Origin: a virus
Virus record (IMG/VR): IMGVR_UViG_3300025570_000007
Length of the DNA stretch: 64,000 nt
Strand: one strand, 5' to 3'
Both the position numbers and the translations under genes were made by a program. The notes below the pieces were generated by a model, which worked only from the letters and a program-made list of their open reading frames with translations, made no database searches and was not told the DNA's origin. This document shows positions 9,490-18,943 of this stretch, piece by piece. Numbering within the stretch: the first letter of the stretch is position 1; each line of letters starts with the position of its first letter.

Positions 9490-9843
9490 CTATCTTGTTA
9501 CGTCGTTTACAATCTCAAGTACACCCTGTACGTAAGTCTTAACAACTCCGCTAGAGAATGTAACTTCCACGTCGTAGTAGTAGATGCTTACGGCTAGTTC
9601 CATTGAGCTTATAGCATCTAGGGTAAATGTTCCATTAACCGCATCATCAACGGTAATCCCGTTTCCAATAGAAAGATCTAATGATAACCCTCCACTTTTA
9701 GATCCTTTTCTAAACTGGCATCTGATTATTGCTGCTGTTAAATCAATAGGTGTAGCGGTAGTTATATTACTAAGGGTAAACTGTACTCCGTTAAATCCGT
9801 CCCCTCTTACATGGGTTTTAAAATTATAAGTTACGGGTTTCAT
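9490..9843 (-). CDS. BppU-like N-terminal/Ig-like virion protein
   Basis: RGD.F, PIDLT, YYYDVEVT...VKTYVQG motifs. Confidence 0.6.
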   Translation of the reverse strand: MKPVTYNFKTHVRGDGFNGVQFTLSNITTATPIDLTAAIIRCQFRKGSKSGGLSLDLSIGNGITVDDAVNGTFTLDAISSMELAVSIYYYDVEVTFSSGVVKTYVQGVLEIVNDVTR

Positions 9844-9855
9844 CTGTATTTTAAT

Positions 9856-9862
9856 ATAAATA
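9856..9862 (-). promoter_or_regulatory. Putative late promoter TATTTAT
   Basis: 13 nt upstream of ATG 9843. Confidence 0.6.
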
Positions 9863-9866
9863 GCAA

Positions 9867-10553
9867 TTAATCCCTAAAGGTTTTATAAACTTCTAGTAGT
9901 GGGGATACGATGGTATGTCTATGGTTTGCTAATAGAGTATATATCTTAAAGCCTTTAACATGCTCTTCTAATCTGAAAAGAAAACTAAAACCTGTATCTT
10001 TCTTATCTTTTAAATCTATCTGTGCCAAATCTCCACAGATTACCATCTTAGATCCCTTACCTAATCTGCCCAATACAGCTTCCATTTGGGAATGGGTAAC
10101 GTTTTGAGCTTCATCTACAATAATAAAAGCATCTGTAAATGTTCTTCCTCTTAGAAATGCGAAAGGAACTATTTCAATATTTTCCTTCTCTAATTCCTTA
10201 TCTACCTTTTCCTTACTATATAGCATGTATAGGTTGTGATAGATTGGAGCTAACCACGGATCCATTTTATCCTTTATATCTCCTGGTAAAAATCCTATAT
10301 CTTCTTTAGACACTGTTGGTCTTGTTATTATTACCTTCTTTACCTGTTTTGTAAATAACATATCTAATGCAACTTGTGCTGCTACTAAGGTTTTACCGCT
10401 TCCTGCCATCCCTTTCAGCACGGTTATAGGATTTGTAAGAATAGTAGCTTTTGCTTCTTTCTGTTCTTCGTTTAGTTGTAAGTTAAATTTAATTGGATTC
10501 TTCGGTCTGCGTTTTTGAGTAAATATCTCATCAGTGTGTGAATTACTTGCCAT
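9867..10553 (-). CDS. phoH: PhoH-like ATPase
   Basis: GMAGSGKT, ITRP, GFLPG, RGRTF, DEAQN, GDLAQID motifs. Confidence 0.95.
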   Translation of the reverse strand: MASNSHTDEIFTQKRRPKNPIKFNLQLNEEQKEAKATILTNPITVLKGMAGSGKTLVAAQVALDMLFTKQVKKVIITRPTVSKEDIGFLPGDIKDKMDPWLAPIYHNLYMLYSKEKVDKELEKENIEIVPFAFLRGRTFTDAFIIVDEAQNVTHSQMEAVLGRLGKGSKMVICGDLAQIDLKDKKDTGFSFLFRLEEHVKGFKIYTLLANHRHTIVSPLLEVYKTFRD

Positions 10554-10574
10554 ATAGGAACTTTATTGTTTAGT

Positions 10575-10581
10575 ATAAATA
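10575..10581 (-). promoter_or_regulatory. Putative late promoter TATTTAT, overlapping a near-match to the host-type promoter at 10576..10606
   Basis: 22 nt upstream of phoH; TTG-N20-GATATTTA. Confidence 0.55.
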
Positions 10582-10604
10582 TCCGAAAAATTCCTCGTAT
10601 AAAC

Positions 10605-10629
10605 AAAAAAAGAGAGGGCTAATGCCCTC
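10605..10629 (-). terminator. Intrinsic terminator after the major capsid gene
   Basis: GAGGGC/GCCCTC stem followed by a T-run on the - strand. Confidence 0.8.
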
Positions 10630-10656
10630 CCTCTTATTATCTATGATAAGTGTTAC

Positions 10657-12264
10657 TTATATAGTCTCTAAATCACTGATGAAGATCTTACCGTAAAATT
10701 CTGGTCTGATCATTTGTTTAGCGTAACGAGTCATGATACCTTTACGTGGAGTAAAAGTTTCTGGATCGTATACTAACGGTGTCATCATTAACGGAATGTA
10801 TGGAGCATATACAGCACCTGTTTCCAAGAATTGAGAACCTCTGTATCCCATAAGGATTGTGTTTTCAGTCATGTAAGGGTTTTTGTATACCTTGTAACGT
10901 CCGTTTAATGATCCGGCTTTTTGTACACCGAATGCAAAGTCCATTTTGTCACCGTCTGTGTTAGCAGCAAATCCTGGAATAGATTCTAAGATTGTAGCTA
11001 CTGTTGGAGATACTACTAAGAAGTTAGCTCCACCACGTAAAGTTTTTTGATGAATTTTGTTTGAGATCTTTTGGATTTTAGTACCAAGTGTTTGGAACCA
11101 TTGTCCTTGAGTGTTATAGAAATCTGTAGAAGCAGCTGTTCCTGAAGACCAAGCTCCATTCTCATATGTTCTGTTATTTCTAGCTGACCACTTTTCAGTT
11201 GTACGAGCACCTAAGATTAACATATCTAAGATCTCTAAATCGATCTCCATAGAGATATATTCAGACAATAGAGAAGTTAATTCAGCTTCTGCGTCAATGT
11301 TTTGGTAAGCACTAAGATCTTGAGAAAATTCTGGTGTCCATTGTGCTTTTAACTTACGTGTTTTAGCAACAATTGCTTCAGAAGCAAGTTCTACGTTGAT
11401 CTCAGGAATACTGATTGGATTGTTTGCTGAGTTTAAAGTTGTGTTACCGTCTTCAAAGTCACCTCTCTTATTATCAGTTGGTTGTTTGTGATAAACAACA
11501 GATCCTGTGATTGATGTATCTACTGATGTAGCAGATTTTGCGATAACGAAAGTTACTGCATTTCCTGATACTGTAGTATACTGTGGTAAACTTGTTACGT
11601 CTGCTGATGCAGATAAGATTCTAAAAGCTCTTACGCCTTCAGCATCAAAGTTAGTACCTGAAAAATCAACTGCTACTGTGTAGTAGTCGCCTGGATTAAT
11701 TCCAGCTTCAAATCCGATAGATGCAGATGTTGCAGCTCCTACCCCTTGAGTGATGGCTAAAGAAGCCGAGTTGATTGTGTATCCAAATCTTCCTGCTCCG
11801 TAAAGACCTCCGTCTACGTCTTGATCTACAGCCATTTTACTGTTTGCAGTTGAAACGTTTCCGTAGATATTGTCTCCTTCAGAGAAAGGTGCATTACCTG
11901 ATCCGTATTTAAAATCTAAGTAAAATACAAGTCCTGAAGGTAAATTCATTGGTTGTACAGATACAAAGTCTTTAGAAGCGATTTGAGCGAATACTTTACG
12001 TACTAATGGTAAAGCTACTCCTGCCCATTGTTCTCCTGAACCGGCTGTGAAGCTTGCTCCTGCAGTACCGTTACCGGTAACAGAACCTTCAGATACGATT
12101 CTTTTAGCTTGATTCTCAAGAATCATAGCCATGTTATTTTTCTCGATTTCGTTAGAGATTCCCTCTAATAATCCAGACTGTTGCCATTTCCCAGCTAAAC
12201 GTGCAGCATCTGCTTGTACGCTTTTGTAAGGGTTAGCACTCTCTAATAATTGGTTAATTTCCAT
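10657..12264 (-). CDS. gp23: Major capsid protein, T4 gp23-like
   Basis: VSVQPM, AKTRKLKAQWTPE..QDL, DAEAELT..LS..I..EID, YAPYIPL, GIMTRY motifs. Confidence 0.97.
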   Translation of the reverse strand: MEINQLLESANPYKSVQADAARLAGKWQQSGLLEGISNEIEKNNMAMILENQAKRIVSEGSVTGNGTAGASFTAGSGEQWAGVALPLVRKVFAQIASKDFVSVQPMNLPSGLVFYLDFKYGSGNAPFSEGDNIYGNVSTANSKMAVDQDVDGGLYGAGRFGYTINSASLAITQGVGAATSASIGFEAGINPGDYYTVAVDFSGTNFDAEGVRAFRILSASADVTSLPQYTTVSGNAVTFVIAKSATSVDTSITGSVVYHKQPTDNKRGDFEDGNTTLNSANNPISIPEINVELASEAIVAKTRKLKAQWTPEFSQDLSAYQNIDAEAELTSLLSEYISMEIDLEILDMLILGARTTEKWSARNNRTYENGAWSSGTAASTDFYNTQGQWFQTLGTKIQKISNKIHQKTLRGGANFLVVSPTVATILESIPGFAANTDGDKMDFAFGVQKAGSLNGRYKVYKNPYMTENTILMGYRGSQFLETGAVYAPYIPLMMTPLVYDPETFTPRKGIMTRYAKQMIRPEFYGKIFISDLETI

Positions 12265-12292
12265 AATTATTTTTAAAAAATGTGTTCTTTAA

Positions 12293-13441
12293 TTATTTTA
12301 TAATTCCTGCTAGTTTCTGCATTCTTCTAACAGCGTCTGATGCTTCAGAGATAATCTCTGGTTTTGCAGCAGTAGTTCCGGTGGCTTTTGAAGCTCTACC
12401 TAATTTTGCTTCTTGTATTTTGCGTCCTCTTATAGGCTTAGCAATTACGTTTTTAGAAACAGTTTCGTAAACTAATTTAACTTCTTTTACTGTCTCAGCT
12501 TTATCAAATGCAGTGATAATATTCACTTTTTGAGACTCGTTTAAATTATTTACTTTGAATACCTTATTTACATAAAGTAATTTAGCATTAAGAAGATTAA
12601 CTTCTTGAAGTTGTTTCTTAAGTACGTTAACTGTCTTAACTGCCTCTTTCAAGTCAGCTTTTACTTCTTCCACAGTTTCTTCTTTAGATTCTTCTTGTTC
12701 GTTTCTCATTGCTGATCCGGCTCCGGCTCCTAAGTCCTGTAAAAGTGCTATTGCTTTTGCAGCAATAGGTCCTCCTTTAGCTACTAGAGCTTTTAATCCG
12801 TCAACGATACTATCAAGTCCAGCTGCAGCTCCTCCGGTTGGTTCTCCACCAAATTGACCTTCGTTTGCTTCGCCTTCTTCCATTGCAGAAAGTTCTCTAA
12901 GAAGTTCGTCTAAATCAATTTCCTCTTCTTCTTCTGCTCCCATCATATCATCAGCAGGCATTTCTTCGCCTGGTAATTCTTCTCCTGGGATTGGTTCTCC
13001 TTCTAGTCCACCTTCGCCAGCCTCTTGGCCAACTATGTCTCTAATAAGGTCTTTTAAATCGTCGATAGTTAAATCTTCAATTTCTAATTCGTCTTCAAGT
13101 TCACCTTCTTCGCCAGCTTCTGCTTCGTCTTCAGATTCTTCTGAATCAACCTCGGCTTCGTCTTCTAGACCTTCTTCTTCCTCTTCGAAAGTAAGTTCTT
13201 CCTCAAGTTGTTTAGTCTGTTCAGTTGTGTCTTTCGTGTTAACGTCTACTTCTCCACCTTGGATTTCATCAACTGTTTCTTCATCAGACTCTTCCATCTC
13301 TTGAAGTTTTGCAGCTAACATGCTTTTTAAATGAGGTGTCAATGTTTCCTCTAAAGCGTCTTTAGCGTTGATTATAGCAGCTTCACGTACAGACTTCGCG
13401 GCAGCAATAGCTTCCTTGAATAGTTCTTTGTTGTTGTGCAT
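12293..13441 (-). CDS. gp22: Prohead scaffold/core protein, gp22-like
   Basis: Highly acidic coiled protein just upstream of the capsid gene; many (L/I)xE sites; C-terminal RMQKLAGI. Confidence 0.8.
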   Translation of the reverse strand: MHNNKELFKEAIAAAKSVREAAIINAKDALEETLTPHLKSMLAAKLQEMEESDEETVDEIQGGEVDVNTKDTTEQTKQLEEELTFEEEEEGLEDEAEVDSEESEDEAEAGEEGELEDELEIEDLTIDDLKDLIRDIVGQEAGEGGLEGEPIPGEELPGEEMPADDMMGAEEEEEIDLDELLRELSAMEEGEANEGQFGGEPTGGAAAGLDSIVDGLKALVAKGGPIAAKAIALLQDLGAGAGSAMRNEQEESKEETVEEVKADLKEAVKTVNVLKKQLQEVNLLNAKLLYVNKVFKVNNLNESQKVNIITAFDKAETVKEVKLVYETVSKNVIAKPIRGRKIQEAKLGRASKATGTTAAKPEIISEASDAVRRMQKLAGIIK

Positions 13442-13462
13442 TTAATAAATTTTTGTTGTGTC

Positions 13463-13522
13463 TACGATTATTGGAATCGTAATAGGAAAGTTTTTTATGC
13501 GAATACAGTATAGTGACTGTAT
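13463..13522 (-). promoter_or_regulatory. Two 7-bp hairpins in the 5' leader of the scaffold-capsid transcript
   Basis: TACGATT/AATCGTA at 13463-13481 and ATACAGT/ACTGTAT at 13503-13522. Confidence 0.55.
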
Positions 13523-13532
13523 ATTTGTAATA

Positions 13533-13539
13533 ATAAATA
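13533..13539 (-). promoter_or_regulatory. Putative late promoter TATTTAT
   Basis: 92 nt upstream of the scaffold ATG, directly after a terminator. Confidence 0.65.
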
Positions 13540-13557
13540 GTGCTAGGTTCCGGAAAC

Positions 13558-13584
13558 AAGAAAACCTACCGTTTCGGGTAGGTT
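13558..13584 (-). terminator. Intrinsic terminator
   Basis: AACCTACC/GGTAGGTT 8-bp stem followed by TTCTT. Confidence 0.75.
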
Positions 13585-13610
13585 CTTATGGTGTGTTATG
13601 TTTTTACTAT

Positions 13611-14237
13611 TTACTTCTGAAAGATTAATACATCTTCGCTGTCAAAGAAAAGAACTGATGTTTTAAATCCGCTTTCATCGTTTGGAGTATACCCTACTTC
13701 TGTAGGATCTAGTGTATAGTTTATAGCAAAACCATCTTCGATTTCTTTTGCGTTTTCAGGATCTGTTAATATCTGTTGTCTTTGACTTTCTAGATATTTT
13801 AAAAGTTCTTTAGGGTCTCTATTATCTTTTACCTCAACATTACCAGGAGATCCGTAATCTGTTTCAGTGCGTACAGGTCTGTTAAGATCTATCCCTACTT
13901 TCTTGAAGAGATCAGCTACTGATATATCTTTTCCGCTTATGTAGTTAGAGGTCTCCTCTTTTTCGTTTTCTTTAATTCCCTGGAGGTAATCTCTAACGAT
14001 TGAGTCGATTTCGTCTGTGTCTTTACTTGAGATTAAAGAGTCCCAAGTATTCCATCCTTGTTGATCTTCATCATCTCCTGTTAAATCATCGTAAACCTGT
14101 CTTAATACCTCTTGTCCGTATTTTTTCTCAATATAGGTTTGTGCGTTAAATTCCTTGATTACTGTGTTAACTCTCTTACTATCGAAAGTTTGTTTATTCT
14201 CTATTAAGAATTTTTTAAGGTCGAAATTGTCTGCCAT
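13611..14237 (-). CDS. Acidic hypothetical protein, putative internal head protein; moron-like unit
   Basis: MADNFDLKKFLIEN tag, internal IKE sites; has its own promoter and terminator. Confidence 0.7.
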   Translation of the reverse strand: MADNFDLKKFLIENKQTFDSKRVNTVIKEFNAQTYIEKKYGQEVLRQVYDDLTGDDEDQQGWNTWDSLISSKDTDEIDSIVRDYLQGIKENEKEETSNYISGKDISVADLFKKVGIDLNRPVRTETDYGSPGNVEVKDNRDPKELLKYLESQRQQILTDPENAKEIEDGFAINYTLDPTEVGYTPNDESGFKTSVLFFDSEDVLIFQK

Positions 14238-14240
14238 TTT

Positions 14241-14260
14241 ATTATTATTATTATTATTAT
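14241..14260. repeat. (ATT)n microsatellite in the leader
   Basis: attattattattattattat immediately upstream of ATG 14237. Confidence 0.85.
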
Positions 14261-14262
14261 GC

Positions 14263-14293
14263 TAAATATATGTGTTTTTTATCGTTTTTGCAA
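14263..14293 (-). promoter_or_regulatory. Bacteroidota-type sigma promoter
   Basis: TTG-N20-TATATTTA. Confidence 0.6.
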
Positions 14294-15262
14294 CTGTTTA
14301 TCTAAGTAATCTTGGTAAGCTTCTGCTTCTTCTGGTCTCATTTCTCTATCTATCTCGATTGAGTCGTAATCAGTTTCGCCATATGATCCTGCAGCTATCC
14401 CTACATAATACTTACCTGTGCTTGTACTTTTTCCGTTCATCTCAACATCATACCCTTCTCTTTCTGATTCATCTTGATCCCAAGGATTATCTGTTCCTCC
14501 GTATGGAAGTACTCCGTCTTCTGTCCACTCTATGTCGTCTGGATGTTCTAATGTATTTTCTTTAACACTTCCTTTACGTTTTGCTAATTCTTTCTTAACA
14601 TCTTGTATATCTTGTTCATTTCCTTCGTACCTTGATAGATTAACAATCATATCAGCTAGTGCATCATTAGAATATCCTTCAAGACCTTCAATAACAATTA
14701 ATTTAATTACATCTTCCTTAAGTACTCTCTCTTTAGGTGTTAATCCTTCAAATAACGATTCATATGCCCATTGATGTAGTTGATCTGCATGCTGATCCTG
14801 TAATCTGTTTAATTGATCATCTGTTAACTCGGTTCCATCTTCAAAATTAGCTGTTGCTATGAAAGTATCGGTAAAATCAGGGTAATCCCTATCATCTACA
14901 CCGTCTAGTTGAACTGTTCCCATGTCTACCTTCTTTCCGTCAATAGTTCCTGCTGGTTCTACTGGTAAGTCTGGAGATATTTGGAATCCTTTAATACTTT
15001 TAACGCTATATGTGATTTCCCCTATTTTATCTTTTAGTAGAGCTAATGCTTCATCTTCGCTACCTGCTTCTACAGTGTATCCATAGTCTACTCCTGGTCT
15101 ACTCTCTACATTTACAACTATCTTATACTGTAAAGGCTCTTCTTTAATGACTCTATGGGTAACTAGCTTATTTTCGTTAGTATTATCCTCTGTTAAAATC
15201 TTTTTACCTTGTTCCTCCTTATAGTTAGTTAGAAACCTGTAATAGTTGAATCTTTCTCCCAT
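14279..15262 (-). CDS. Acidic modular protein, putative internal head polyprotein
   Basis: Modules separated by LTE, IKE, LFE, LKE, VKE; contains a DGVDDRDYPDF module. Confidence 0.65.
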   Translation of the reverse strand: MGERFNYYRFLTNYKEEQGKKILTEDNTNENKLVTHRVIKEEPLQYKIVVNVESRPGVDYGYTVEAGSEDEALALLKDKIGEITYSVKSIKGFQISPDLPVEPAGTIDGKKVDMGTVQLDGVDDRDYPDFTDTFIATANFEDGTELTDDQLNRLQDQHADQLHQWAYESLFEGLTPKERVLKEDVIKLIVIEGLEGYSNDALADMIVNLSRYEGNEQDIQDVKKELAKRKGSVKENTLEHPDDIEWTEDGVLPYGGTDNPWDQDESEREGYDVEMNGKSTSTGKYYVGIAAGSYGETDYDSIEIDREMRPEEAEAYQDYLDKQLQKR

Positions 15263-15840
15263 TATGCTCTTAATATGTCGTTAATTAGATCGTGTGCTTT
15301 ACAGTATCTGGTGCAAGCTTGCTTTCCTTCGTTTAAACTTACTGGATTCATAAATGCTCCATGTGTTGAAGGATTAGATACAAAGTCCCAGCATACTAAC
15401 TCAAAATCAGGCTGTACTTCTAATGTTCCTTCATTTGTTTGTTCTACTGATCCTGTTCCTCTTGATGAAATACCTATTGTATGACCTGCTTTTACAATCT
15501 CCTTTACAATATTTCCTGAAGGTGTATTAAGAAGTTCTATTCTTCCTTTCAGTTCATCACCATCCCACCATAATTCTTTGATTATATGTGATGCATTCTT
15601 TAAAGACACTACTGCTGATTCAGGATGATCTAACTCACCGTAAGCATTCCCGTTCTTTACAAACTCGTCTACATATTTTTGAGCTTCAGTTACTAAAATC
15701 TCTTTTTTATATACTCTCCCGTTCTGGTTTTTAGCTCCAGCTCTTTGTAATACACCTTCTACCTCAAAAACACCAGGTCTTTGCTTAGATTCCCTAAGGA
15801 TAGGTTTAAACGATGTTATATCTACAAGTAATTTTGTCAT
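15262..15840 (-). CDS. gp21: Prohead protease, T4 gp21-like
   Basis: NQNGRVY, GELDHP, GISSRGTGS, DFVSNPS motifs. Confidence 0.95.
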   Translation of the reverse strand: MTKLLVDITSFKPILRESKQRPGVFEVEGVLQRAGAKNQNGRVYKKEILVTEAQKYVDEFVKNGNAYGELDHPESAVVSLKNASHIIKELWWDGDELKGRIELLNTPSGNIVKEIVKAGHTIGISSRGTGSVEQTNEGTLEVQPDFELVCWDFVSNPSTHGAFMNPVSLNEGKQACTRYCKAHDLINDILRA

Positions 15841-15846
15841 GTTCTT

Positions 15847-16098
15847 TTAGTTTCCTGTTCTACTCTTTACTCCTTTGTATGCACCAAGTAAGTGACTGGC
15901 TATTGATTTAGCATCCATGTTTGTTAACTGGTCTGCTGATCTTCTGTAATGTTCTGCAAGCTTATATAAAAGTTCCTCCATTTCCTCTGCAGAAAAGTAT
16001 CGAAGTTCGTCCATTATCTGTTCTACACTCTGATTTTTATTATTAGAGCTTTCGTACAGTTTAGCTTTCCAGTTATGTATATCGAAATCTGATTTCAT
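15847..16098 (-). CDS. Hypothetical protein (likely start MKSDFDIHNWKAKLYE)
   Basis: ORF track 15847..16146; the internal ATG at 16098 sits directly after the upstream stop. Confidence 0.65.
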   Translation of the reverse strand: MKSDFDIHNWKAKLYESSNNKNQSVEQIMDELRYFSAEEMEELLYKLAEHYRRSADQLTNMDAKSIASHLLGAYKGVKSRTGN

Positions 16099-16099
16099 A

Positions 16100-17875
16100 T
16101 TACTTTTTTCTTTTAGTATATTTTCTTTTTGGAGACTTATTCTCATTAACTTCTCCTCCTGCTGGATTCTGTCTTATCATTTCCTGCTGTTCTGGTGATG
16201 CTACTTGTGTCTTAGGTAGCTCTATCGATCTGTATTTCTGAAGGACTGGTTCTAAGTCTTTTTTAAATGCTGCTGATATTGCTGGTGCCATAAATGGACC
16301 TATGTTTGTATATATATTCTCAATATTCTGTCTAGTGTCTAGATAAGTCTTTTCAATCTTAGCGATATGATCTGCTAAATCTGTAGCTCCTTTACGTATA
16401 CGTGCTGCTAGGTCTTCGTTATCACTATTTTCATAGTTGATATACCTTTCTAAATTTTCTGCTCTAGCTTCTTTAAGAAGTTTTCTGTCTTCTGTAAGAA
16501 TACCTGTGATCATTTTCTTAAAGGTTTCTTTAAGTTGTTCTCTTACTTTATTTTCTTCATATACACCGAAAGCATCTTCCTCTGATCGTTCTGCTGCTCT
16601 ATCTGATGCATTTCTATCTTGGGATGCTCTTATTTTAGCGTTCTTTAAAGAAAGTCCTTTTGCTACGTATCTCTTAACTAATGCGTCAAATGATTTTGAA
16701 GCTTCTTCTATATTATCAGTACCTTCTTCAACACTCTCTTCTACTTCCTGTAAATTACTTGCAAGATAGTCTACTAAATCTTTCTTAGCGTGTGGAATCA
16801 TTCCTGGCTCTGTCATAGGACCGTCTTTCCATTCATCCCATACTGCAAGTAAGTGTTTGATAGCTTTTTCTAATCTTGGACCCATAGACTCTACGTATCC
16901 TCCATTTCCATAATCATCTTCTTTTACTATCTTACCTCCTTTAATTTTTCTTGCTCTACCTTCTTCTAGAGATTTTGCACTATTTAAAGCTTTAAGTATT
17001 ATCTCTTTCTTTGATAATTGATCAGATGATAATGTTTCCTCTCCTAAATCAAAAAGTCCTTTAGCTTTCATTTTCTTAACCCAAGCTTGTCTACTCTTTC
17101 TATGTTCTTCTCTTCCAGCTGGTGATAGTTTTTTATGGTGATTAAGTCCATCTACCTTTCCTTGATACTGGTTAGTAGCTTTAGGGTAGCTTGGATGTTT
17201 CATTTCTTTAAAATTAGTCTTCTTCTTATCCATTACCATTTTTGCTATACTTAGACTACGTCCCCAAAGACTTGTTGGATTAGCATCTATATAGTCCTGT
17301 ATTTCATCAGCGGTTAAATCATCCCACTTTGGATGCTCACTCATGGAGTTCTTATCTCCTTTCTCAAAAGCCGGAGTTCCATGAGGTGAAAATTCACTTA
17401 TTTTACCTTTTTTAGATTCCTTTAGTGTAGCTTTCTTAAGTCCGTTATAAGTATCAACAGTATTTTTTGCTGTTGCTGGTGTCATTTGGTCATGTTTATC
17501 TACTTTCTTAGAATCTCCTGACATTAAATGCAAGTAGAAGTTACAGTCTTTAGCTAAGTTTTTCATAACTTTAGCTTTGGCTTTTTCATAGTCACTCTTT
17601 TGTACAGTTCCTACTGTATCGATACCCATTTTTTCTAACTCCACGTCAACACCTCTCTGAATTGATTCTAATGAGTAGTTCTTTTCAAGATCTGCTGCTG
17701 GTGTTTTTTTAGCCTCTACAATCACACCTTTATTCTTAAGAATCTGTACAGTGTCTTTGTATCCGTTAAAAGGACTAATGTAGTTAGGTAGCTGTAGTTT
17801 AGCATCTCTAACAAATTGTGTTTTAGAGAAGTTATTCTCTAATATTGCGTTATATTTTTCCTGTAGTGTCTTCAT
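16100..17875 (-). CDS. Putative prohead core/internal polyprotein
   Basis: Starts MKTLQE; many (L/I/V)xE sites; lies between portal and protease. Confidence 0.65.
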   Translation of the reverse strand: MKTLQEKYNAILENNFSKTQFVRDAKLQLPNYISPFNGYKDTVQILKNKGVIVEAKKTPAADLEKNYSLESIQRGVDVELEKMGIDTVGTVQKSDYEKAKAKVMKNLAKDCNFYLHLMSGDSKKVDKHDQMTPATAKNTVDTYNGLKKATLKESKKGKISEFSPHGTPAFEKGDKNSMSEHPKWDDLTADEIQDYIDANPTSLWGRSLSIAKMVMDKKKTNFKEMKHPSYPKATNQYQGKVDGLNHHKKLSPAGREEHRKSRQAWVKKMKAKGLFDLGEETLSSDQLSKKEIILKALNSAKSLEEGRARKIKGGKIVKEDDYGNGGYVESMGPRLEKAIKHLLAVWDEWKDGPMTEPGMIPHAKKDLVDYLASNLQEVEESVEEGTDNIEEASKSFDALVKRYVAKGLSLKNAKIRASQDRNASDRAAERSEEDAFGVYEENKVREQLKETFKKMITGILTEDRKLLKEARAENLERYINYENSDNEDLAARIRKGATDLADHIAKIEKTYLDTRQNIENIYTNIGPFMAPAISAAFKKDLEPVLQKYRSIELPKTQVASPEQQEMIRQNPAGGEVNENKSPKRKYTKRKK

Positions 17876-18050
17876 CTAAGTAATCGAACATTTTAGTATT
17901 ATGTGGTCTTTTTTTTCCTTTAACTTTCTTAAAAGCTTTTGGAGATCCTGTTTGTGCTCCTGATCCTGGTGTAAATGAAGCTCCACCCCCTGTGGTGTTC
18001 ATCTCCTTTATTACACTTTGAACAAAATTTGTTAATTCACTTCTCTTCAT
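17850..18050 (-). CDS. Small head-region protein
   Basis: MKRSEL...VIKE|MNTTGGGASFTPG. Confidence 0.6.
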   Translation of the reverse strand: MKRSELTNFVQSVIKEMNTTGGGASFTPGSGAQTGSPKAFKKVKGKKRPHNTKMFDYLDEDTTGKI

Positions 18051-18901
18051 TACTTCTTTAATTCTTGGACCAGCTCGTAATATTGCATTATATTTACAAG
18101 ATGATCGTCAGTTACTCTTTTTGTTTTAGGTACCGGTATAATTGTCTTAACTACTTCCTGTAGTTTAATTCCAATAATTTCATCTTCAACGTCATTACCT
18201 ACCTCTATTATAGCTACTCTAAGTTTACTTAGCTCTTCATTTACTATATTTCTCAACCTAGTTGAGGAATCTACTGATGTTATAAATTCTCTCAGTATAT
18301 TTTTTTGCTCTGGTAAAAGAGATTTGTACCTTTTATTAAACTTCTCTAAAAGTATCTTAAAGGTCAGTAGTTTTAAATCTTTATCGTATTTAGAATATTC
18401 TTCTATTAACGTATCTTTTACATCATCCTTATCCTGTTCTGCATTTGTAAGATGTTCCAGTAAGGTTGTCTTATTATCAATAAGTACCTCTGGATCGACA
18501 ACATCTGTGGCTTTATGGGCTTCTAGTAAACAGTATAATGCTGCTAGTGGTTTATAGTCTGGTACTTTTATTGAAAAGAATTCCTCTACGTCGTAACTTT
18601 CTTTAATTTCCTTAATAAGACTGTATTTCTGTTTCTTAAGGGTATCTGAATTAACCGTTCTAGATATTTCTATGATGGTTGATACGATAGATTCTGCCTT
18701 ATTTTGAGATACTGCTCTATTCTTAAGGATGAACTCATACAACTTAAATTCACGCACTAACGCTGTCTTACCTGTATAGAAGTTTTTTAATATCTTCACA
18801 GCAGGGGAATCTTGATTATTTAAAGTATCGGCAGCAATTTGTTTTACTAGCAACTCAAATATCAGTCCCGTATTTTTATACTTACTATGTTTTATGCGCA
18901 T
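18050..18901 (-). CDS. Conserved head-morphogenesis protein (putative prohead core)
   Basis: IKHSKYKNTGLIFELL N-terminus; directly downstream of the portal gene; has a late promoter. Confidence 0.6.
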   Translation of the reverse strand: MRIKHSKYKNTGLIFELLVKQIAADTLNNQDSPAVKILKNFYTGKTALVREFKLYEFILKNRAVSQNKAESIVSTIIEISRTVNSDTLKKQKYSLIKEIKESYDVEEFFSIKVPDYKPLAALYCLLEAHKATDVVDPEVLIDNKTTLLEHLTNAEQDKDDVKDTLIEEYSKYDKDLKLLTFKILLEKFNKRYKSLLPEQKNILREFITSVDSSTRLRNIVNEELSKLRVAIIEVGNDVEDEIIGIKLQEVVKTIIPVPKTKRVTDDHLVNIMQYYELVQELKK

Positions 18902-18943
18902 TATTGTTTAGTTTTTCGTGTATAAGTATACCGCTCTACTTAT

